From assembly GCA_951406725.2 (NCBI GenBank), contig OX597821.1:78926001-78990000 (forward strand): a DNA stretch of 64,000 nt, in the 5' to 3' direction. Every line of letters starts with the position of its first letter. Position 1 is the stretch's first letter. Both the position numbers and the translations under genes were made by a program. Origin of the DNA: Octopus vulgaris. Its lineage: Eukaryota. Below are positions 56,129-64,000 of the stretch, one piece after another. The notes beneath the pieces are model-generated. The model did not search any database. It saw only the letters and a program-made list of their open reading frames with translations, and was not told the DNA's origin.

Positions 56129-56678
56129 GCCAGCAGGAACCTCTCAGGTAGAACATACACACCCGTGTGCGCTGTTTGGTTCCATCCTTTGCGGTTCCAC
56201 TTCTATTTCTGGTTGTTTCACTCTTTGGTCCTGCTTGAGCTTTTTCTTTTCCTTTAGCTCTTCCAGTCCTTCTTTTAGTTCTACTTCCTCCCTCTACCTC
56301 TTCACCGGGTTCTCCGTCTCCATGGCCCTTGCTGCCGGTTGGAGAACTTGCACCTGGGTTCACTTCCCGGGCAGGTTTCTCATTCAAAACCTCCTCCCGG
56401 GCGTCCACCAGGTGGGGGTGACTTCTTTCATCGTCTCCATTCTTGCCATCTTTGCTCCGCTCGTTCTCAAAGATGGCATCAAGTGCGCCAATGTGCGACC
56501 GTACAAGCGCATATGAGCGCACGAATTCCTGTCTCTTTCGCTCCATCTGAGCCGCTGTCCTCTTGTAGCCTCTGCTCTTCAGCGCAGCCGCAATCACCTC
56601 CCTAGGGCTATCTCCGCCGGCGCACTCCCATGCTCGTACGAATAAATCCAGCTCGTCACGTCTCCATGCTCTGGACAT
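55893..56678 (-). CDS. LINE ORF1 (261 aa): Myb/SANT trihelix-like N-terminus and CCCH-type zinc finger
   Basis: WRRDELDLFVRAW...IAAALKSRGYKRTAAQMERKRQEFVRSY and CMFYLRGSCWHGKEGAGCRFAH. Confidence 0.75.
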   Translation of the reverse strand: MSRAWRRDELDLFVRAWECAGGDSPREVIAAALKSRGYKRTAAQMERKRQEFVRSYALVRSHIGALDAIFENERSKDGKNGDDERSHPHLVDAREEVLNEKPAREVNPGASSPTGSKGHGDGEPGEEVEGGSRTKRRTGRAKGKEKAQAGPKSETTRNRSGTAKDGTKQRTRVCMFYLRGSCWHGKEGAGCRFAHRGPCHRDTRQMDKPSTQRKGMDHAPPAPKRRYADVVRATNSQHDVVERAAAEQQSFCAWHKRLYSS

Positions 56679-56739
56679 GCTGGATAATCCGTCTATCCGT
56701 TTATCTATCTAATTATGTTCGAGAGAAGACAGGAAGATA

Positions 56740-57890
56740 TTAAGGCTAATTAGAAGATAGAGTACTTGAAAAAGAAATAGTAACAATATTAAAGTTTGTG
56801 TAAAAACGTTATTTGGGTAAAAACGTTATTTAATCTTAAGGCTAATTAGGGGATAGAGTATCTGAAAATGTATTAGCAATATTAATATTATATTAGAGTG
56901 TGGATAAAAACGTTGTTTAATCTTAAGGCTAATTAGGAGATAGAGTATCTGAAAATATATTAGCAATATTAATATTATATTAGAGTGTGGGTAAAAAAAC
57001 GTTATTTAATCTTAAGGCTAATTTGGAGATAGAGTATCTGAAAATATATTAGCAATATTAATATTATATTAGAGTGTGGGTAATATTAAACGTTATTTAA
57101 TTTAATCTTAAGGCTAATTAGAAGACAGAGTATCTGAAAAATTATATATACAATATTAAGCAATATTAACCGTTATTTAATTTAATCTTAAGGCTAATTA
57201 GACGTTATTAATATTAAACGTTATTTAATTTAATCTTAAGGCTAATTAGAAGATAGAGTATCTGAAAATATATTAGCAATATTAATATTATATTAGAGTG
57301 TGGATAAAAACGTTATTTAATCTTAAGGCTAATCAGGAGATAGAGTATCTGAAAATATATTAGCAATGTTAATATTATATTAGAGTGTGGGTAATATTAA
57401 ACGTTATTTAATTTAATCTTAAGGCTAATTAGAAGATAGAGTATCTGAAGAATTATTAACAATATTAAAACAATATTAAACGTTATTTAATTTAATCTTA
57501 AGGCTAATTAACAGTAATTATTAACAATATTAAACAATGTTAAACGTTATTTAATTTAATCCTAAGGCTAATTAACAATAATTATTAACAATATTAAACG
57601 TTATTTAATTTAATCCTAAGGCTAATTAGACGTTTTTAATATTAAACGTTATTTAATTTAATCTTAAGGCTAATTAGAAGATAGAGTATCTGAAAAATTA
57701 TTAACAATATTAAAACAATATTAAACGTTATTTAATTTAATCTTAAGGCTAATTAACAATAATTATTAACAATATTAAACAATATTAAACGTTATTTAAT
57801 TTAATCCTAAGGCTAATTTGACGGTATCAATATTAAACGTTATTTAATTTAATCTTAAGGCTAATTAGAAGATAGAGTATCTGGAAAATT
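56740..57890. repeat. Modular AT-rich tandem array (units about 38-80 bp) upstream of ORF1
   Basis: Recurrent core aacgttatttaa(tttaa)tcttaaggctaatta with optional gatagagtatctgaaaa and aatattaa modules. Confidence 0.9.
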
Positions 57891-58335
57891 ATTATATCGA
57901 GAACAGATATTGAAAATGTAAACAAACAAAATGACGATCGCAACTTTAACTAAGATGTGGGCCTAAGTGAAAGATAAAATAGAATAATAAATAAAATATG
58001 AAATAGATGAAATTGATACTTAATCCAACAATGTGGTCTGGATTATTTTTTTTGGTTTACGGGATTTTTTTCAGGAGAGATGCTTCTTTTTTCTTTCTTG
58101 CAGGAGATAACTTGATTCAGTTATTTTTGCACCATGTGCGTTTCGGCGAAAATGAAAATTACTGTGTATATGTATATATTTATATATATATTTTTTAAAA
58201 TATTTTAAAACCAAAGTGTTGTAGTGATCTCTATGACTTAGAGTTTTACGTTTTGCAACTACAGTGGGTTATTTCGCCGTTCTATGCAAACTTTTTCACA
58301 GAGCAAAGGCAATCACGTCTTTCTCTGCTATCGGT

Positions 58336-59342
<1,007 letters not shown>

Positions 59343-59345
<3 letters not shown>

Positions 59346-60481
59346 TTTGATACTTTGATAGGTTTCGGCCATTATTGGCCCAGGCCATGTCTAACTTAAT
59401 AGCACCACCTGGTGAAGTCTTTCAAGTCAGAATTTGGGCACTATGGCCCACTCAAGTAGAGAGTTATTGTTTACAGAGACATATCCGGGTGTAGGGGGTT
59501 TATCCGGGATTTCTTGAAGGAATCTGTCCAAAGACTTCTTGAACCCAATAGGGTCAGTTTCTGTTTTAATGTGTTTTGGTGTAATGTTAAAGAGAGCGGG
59601 GCCAATTGAGGTGAAATAATTGTGCCGTATTGTTGTTATGAGATGAGAGTGCGATTTTTGTTTTGGGCGGATGGCACGGGGCCCAAGCCTTGGATGTACC
59701 TTAAAGGTGATGCCAACATCATTTGGGCAATGCTGATGGAATATTTTCCACATCATGCAGATGATGTAGCGCTCACGACGACGTTGGAGAGAATAGAGTT
59801 TTAGCTTTTCTAGTCGACCCCAATAGTCGAGGCCTGTCATGCCATCTATCTTTTTTGTGATTGCCCTTTGAGGTGCTTCGACTTTTTGATACCTTGTATT
59901 GTGTGGGGAGACCACAGTGGACAACAGTATTCAAGGTGGGGTCGGGCAAAAGTGGAGAAGAGAAGGATAATGGTGTGGATATCTCTCGACTGGAAAGTTC
60001 TGAGAATCCAGGAACACATTCTGCGGGCCATGTCAACTTTGGTGTTTATATGAGTGGCCCAGCTTACGTTGTTGTCCACAATTACTCCCAAGTCTCTGAT
60101 GTTGTTGGACGCCGCGAGAGTTTCACCTGAAGGAAGGGAGTATGGGAGTTTCAGGGCATCCTCTTTTCCAAAGTGGATTAGCTCAAATTTATCCTCGTTC
60201 AGCAGCATATTGTTTTTTTCTGCCCATTGGATAACAGCCAGTAGATCTGACTGAAGGCATGTCCGGTCACTCGCCTCATTTATGACCTTCTGTAGCTTGG
60301 AGTCATCTGCAAAGATTTTTATGTTGCTGTGCTTGATGATGTCATTAATGTCATTAATGTAAATGATGAAAAGAAGTGGGCCCAGCACAGTGCCTTGCGG
60401 AACGCCACTACTGACTTTGGCTGGGCTTGATTTTACCCCTTCAACTACAACATGTTGAGATCTGTCTGTCAGGAAACACTT
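59343..60481 (-). mobile_element. 5'-truncated CR1-like LINE, near-identical to 50274-51287
   Basis: Same 3' UTR and tail. Extends about 130 bp further 5' and has a 1-bp deletion near 59887. Confidence 0.92.
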
Positions 60482-60730
60482 ATCTATATATATCTATATA
60501 TATCTATATATATATCTATATATATCTATATATATATCTATATATATATCTATATATATATCTATATATATATCTATATCTATATATATATCTATATATA
60601 TATCTATATATATATATCTATATATATATCTATATATATATCTATATATATATCTATATATATCTATATATATATCTATATATATCTATATATATATATC
60701 TATATATATCTATATATATCTATATATATA

Positions 60731-60771
<41 letters not shown>

Positions 60772-60783
60772 ATATCTCTCTCT

Positions 60784-60827
<44 letters not shown>

Positions 60828-60880
60828 ATATAGATCTATCTATCTATCTATATATCTATATATATATATATATATATATC
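60482..60880. repeat. (TA/TATC)n microsatellite
   Basis: Seen directly. Confidence 0.95.
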
Positions 60881-60907
60881 TTTATTTTAAGCAGCAGAAA
60901 ATTCAAC

Positions 60908-60955
60908 AAAATCTGTTACTCTGAGTTTCTCGTTGCCGTTCATCAGACAGTTTTT
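60908..60955 (-). ncRNA. Minimal type I hammerhead ribozyme (Penelope-associated)
   Basis: Minus strand: aaaaa CUGU CUGAUGA a CG gcaa CG a GAA ACUC a GAGU A ACAG a uuuu. Intact core, GUA cleavage triplet, AAUAAA about 25 nt downstream. Confidence 0.8.
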
Positions 60956-62023
60956 GCTAGAATGGAACTGATATATCAATTCAATCTATACTCTTACAAA
61001 CGCTACACCTTTAAAAAGAAATGGACTTGCTTGATTGGCCCTTTAGAAAAAACGGTCAATCTTCGAGCGATAAACAAAAAGGTCAAAAATATATGTATAT
61101 ATATATATAAAAAACTTATAAAAATTATAAAATCCGAGGAAAAAACCTTACATTGGATAAAATACATGTTGACGTTAATGAAGAAAGTGCAAATTAATGC
61201 ATAGAAATTAAACCTGTTATAAATATTACACTGCAATACATATTTATATTAAAATCTACATATATATATCAACATACACAAAATTATGCGTGCAAACGCC
61301 ATACATATACATACGTATGAATATAAATCTAAATATACACATAAAAGCATGTGTACATATATTCACGCAAAACCATCTCGCACGCAAGTTAAAAAAGATA
61401 TATGTAGCGATTCTCATATACTGAGTAAGGGGGGAACGAAAGAAAGGGAGAGAGAGAAAAAGGAATGAAGGAGGTGTGGGGAAAAAAACGAAATAAGAAA
61501 AAATTATGTATACAAGCAGTGTAACGGCATTATGCCATATATGGAGACAAGTATACATACATAAGTTTGAATGGATACAGTCGTGTATATGTGTGCTTAA
61601 GCACAAACATACTTTCACTTACACATACACAGATACGCATGCTTACAAATACATATGCTTTGCTATGCACATACTTATATCAACATTCTAATTTTGACAA
61701 CATTGCTTTTTTTTAAAAAAAACATTGCTTTTTTTTAAAAAGAATGGGTGCATTAATAAAAATATATACGAAAGACATATAAAATAAAAATATAACATCC
61801 TATTTTGGGTCATTTATAAATAATTAAGGTAATATAAATAATCAAGGTAATCCTATATAATACAATAACATGAAAACAAAAGTTGGAGGTTTTTCCTAAT
61901 ATATATGTAGAAACATAAGACTTTGCTATACGGATTAAGATCCGCATTCCTTGGAAACAAAATCCATCGTAGCGCTCATCGTTCAAGAGTCAAAATCAAA
62001 ATCAAAAATACAAAATATATACT

Positions 62024-63720
62024 CTATCCATATGGTATATTTATATTCGACATTTTAAATTTAACCGCGTGCCTACATAAGTTCATTAGCTCGCTTCTTT
62101 GATTCAAAGAATTATTGTCTTTGAATAAGATGTACATTTTTTCTAATAGACAAAGCTTGCACTTGAAATTATTTTTGTAAGCTCCATGCCTGTATGGTGC
62201 CGCCCTGTCCAGAATGCTCCATGTCACGTTGAAAGGTGGGGCTTCCTTTTCTTTTAGTTCCCAGACATATTTTGCTAGGCTGGTTTTCTTCCTATTCTCT
62301 GGGTATTTAAATGAATTTTTATGAGAATAAAATCTTGTTTTAAATGAATTTTCTGAAGCCCCTGTGTATGTCTTGTATTCCGATGAGCCTTCCACTTGCA
62401 CCTTGGCTCTATAAACTACTCCTTTCACCAGACATTTCCCTTCTAACGGACAGGAGCTTTCGTTTTTGAAATTACATTTCTTAATGGTCTCGGCACCATG
62501 TCTAATCTCAATTAGCTTCCTATTATGTTGGCTAATGTAAGAGGCGAAATTTCTGCAACAAGAATAGCTAACCTTCAGGGTTCTCCTGTTAAATATCCTA
62601 TAGAATTTATGACCCTGCTTAAAATGCTTAGAGACTAATCTCAAAAATTCCTTACCTATATTAGTCTTTACGGCCAAATTGAAAGCCGGGTTGAACCACA
62701 AAACTTTCCTGGTCCTAGTTCTTCGTGCAGCATTATTATCAGCATTAAGCTGGTTGAACTGGATCTTCTCAGAGAATCCACTATTCTCTAATGCGCTATC
62801 GTAATAAGGTGCAGCATTATGGAATGCTGCCTCGTCCGAAGAAATTGAAGATATTCTTCTACCTACATTGCTGACTAAGTTCCTAAGGATAACTGGTGGA
62901 TGGTTCGAATCTTTGCTAATATACGATAGCTTTTCATTGGGCTTACGGAAAGGTTTAAATCTATCCGATCCTACATTAAAATTTACGTCTAAAAAATCTA
63001 CACTATTCAGGTTAGCATCTATCGTAACCCGTAAGCCCATCCTTTGAAAGAAAGCTATGAGGTCCTTCCTAAGTCTATCTGATTCATGGCCGTTTAGATT
63101 ATGCGTGGCTATAAGGCCGTCATCCCTATATAAACCTGCATCTATAAATGGGAATTCTATTTTTAGATTATGGAGAATAAAGGCTCCTATGAGCATACAT
63201 AACTCAGCCCCGTCGTATGCCCCCATCGGTACATCGAAAAGAGAATCCTCAGTCTTCTTAATCCAGGTGGAATCCTCGAAAAAAAGAAGCGATTTCCTCG
63301 CATGCATAATAATATCAATTTCCGAGCTATCGATGTTGACATACTGCTTGGCGAAGTCCAATGCCCTTAGGAGCAACGTCCTAGATATTGACGGGTAAAA
63401 GTCAATAATGTCGAATTGTGTGAAACTACAATTATTCTTATAGCTAATACCTTTAAACCACTCTATAACTGACTTACTATTCTTCCAAATTCTCAAGTCT
63501 ACTTCACTATCTAACTTAACTAAAATACGGTCCAAAATATTTTTGCTAATAATTCCTATCTCAGTTTTAGCCGGATTTATCAATCTACATTTGGGGTTTC
63601 TACTAAAATTGGCTTTATGGTCTTTCAGAGTAATAAAAGCTGGTCGTGGGGAAAGGTATTCAATCCTATCGCTAATCTTAAGATCGTTAGCTATTCCTCT
63701 TGCTTCTAAGTTCACCTCTT
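62024..63720 (-). CDS. Penelope-like element ORF (RT plus GIY-YIG), Naiad-type, 5'-truncated
   Basis: CRLINPAK, FDIIDFYPSI, VPMGAYDGAE, LYRDDGL, SNHPP, linker CNFK..SCPLEGKC and VVYRAKV..YTGASENSFKTRF. Confidence 0.92.
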
Positions 63721-64000
63721 TGTATATATATAAAAAATAAGTATATAAAGATACAAAGGATGTCACGTAAAGGGTCAAAAATTCTAAAAATGTATTGTGA
63801 AAGTGTAGAAGGTACAATACATAAAGGGTAAGAAGTAAAATAAAAAATAACAAGGAAATAAAATTAAAATAAAGAAGAAAAATAAAAGGATAAAAGGATA
63901 AAAAAAATAAAAAAGTGAACTTAAAGATAAAGTGAGATAAGAATAAAGAGATACAGAAAAATACATGGCGGTTAGAGATGGCGGGTTGGGATTTTGACGT

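Noticed and set aside
56740-57890. Possible CRISPR-like array
   Set aside because: Inter-repeat segments are themselves reused modules rather than unique spacers. No cas genes, and the context is eukaryotic.
61900-62020. SECIS element after the Naiad-type ORF
   Set aside because: ATGA is present, but helix II is poor, there is no apical AA, and the ORF has no in-frame TGA
63721-63853. Hydrophobic N-terminus of the 609-aa ORF as a signal or TM segment
   Set aside because: T-rich low-complexity read-through upstream of where PLE homology begins

Overview
AT-rich, microsatellite-rich animal genomic DNA, not prokaryotic. It is most likely a cephalopod (Octopus-like), inferred from CDICGKSF/HTGEK C2H2 zinc-finger remnants and the SINE families present. 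The only clear host gene is a spliced adhesion-class (B2) GPCR. A minus-strand copy has five in-phase exons (TM2 to stop, 44743 to 35684). An inverted plus-strand copy (10580-16336) has four exons and a 1-bp frameshift. Both lie in a large inverted duplication (about 10.3-20.9 kb vs 33.4-40.5 kb) with a near-identical outer stratum and a clearly more diverged inner stratum carrying decayed C2H2-ZNF genes. The rest is transposon DNA: four R4/Dong-like elements next to (TAA)n, a HERO-like RLE LINE, RTE LINEs, Helitrons, mariner, piggyBac and gypsy remnants, many tRNA-derived SINEs, a stack of five co-oriented CR1-like LINEs in (TA)n, and a Penelope-like (Naiad-type) element. Highlights: three hammerhead-ribozyme motifs (one inside a perfect 24-bp inverted repeat), a CR1-like LINE whose ORF1 has a Myb/trihelix-like domain plus a CCCH finger, a SINE-LINE pair sharing 3' ends, and a composite Helitron whose empty site survives in the other duplication arm. 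All calls were made by eye; no searches were run.
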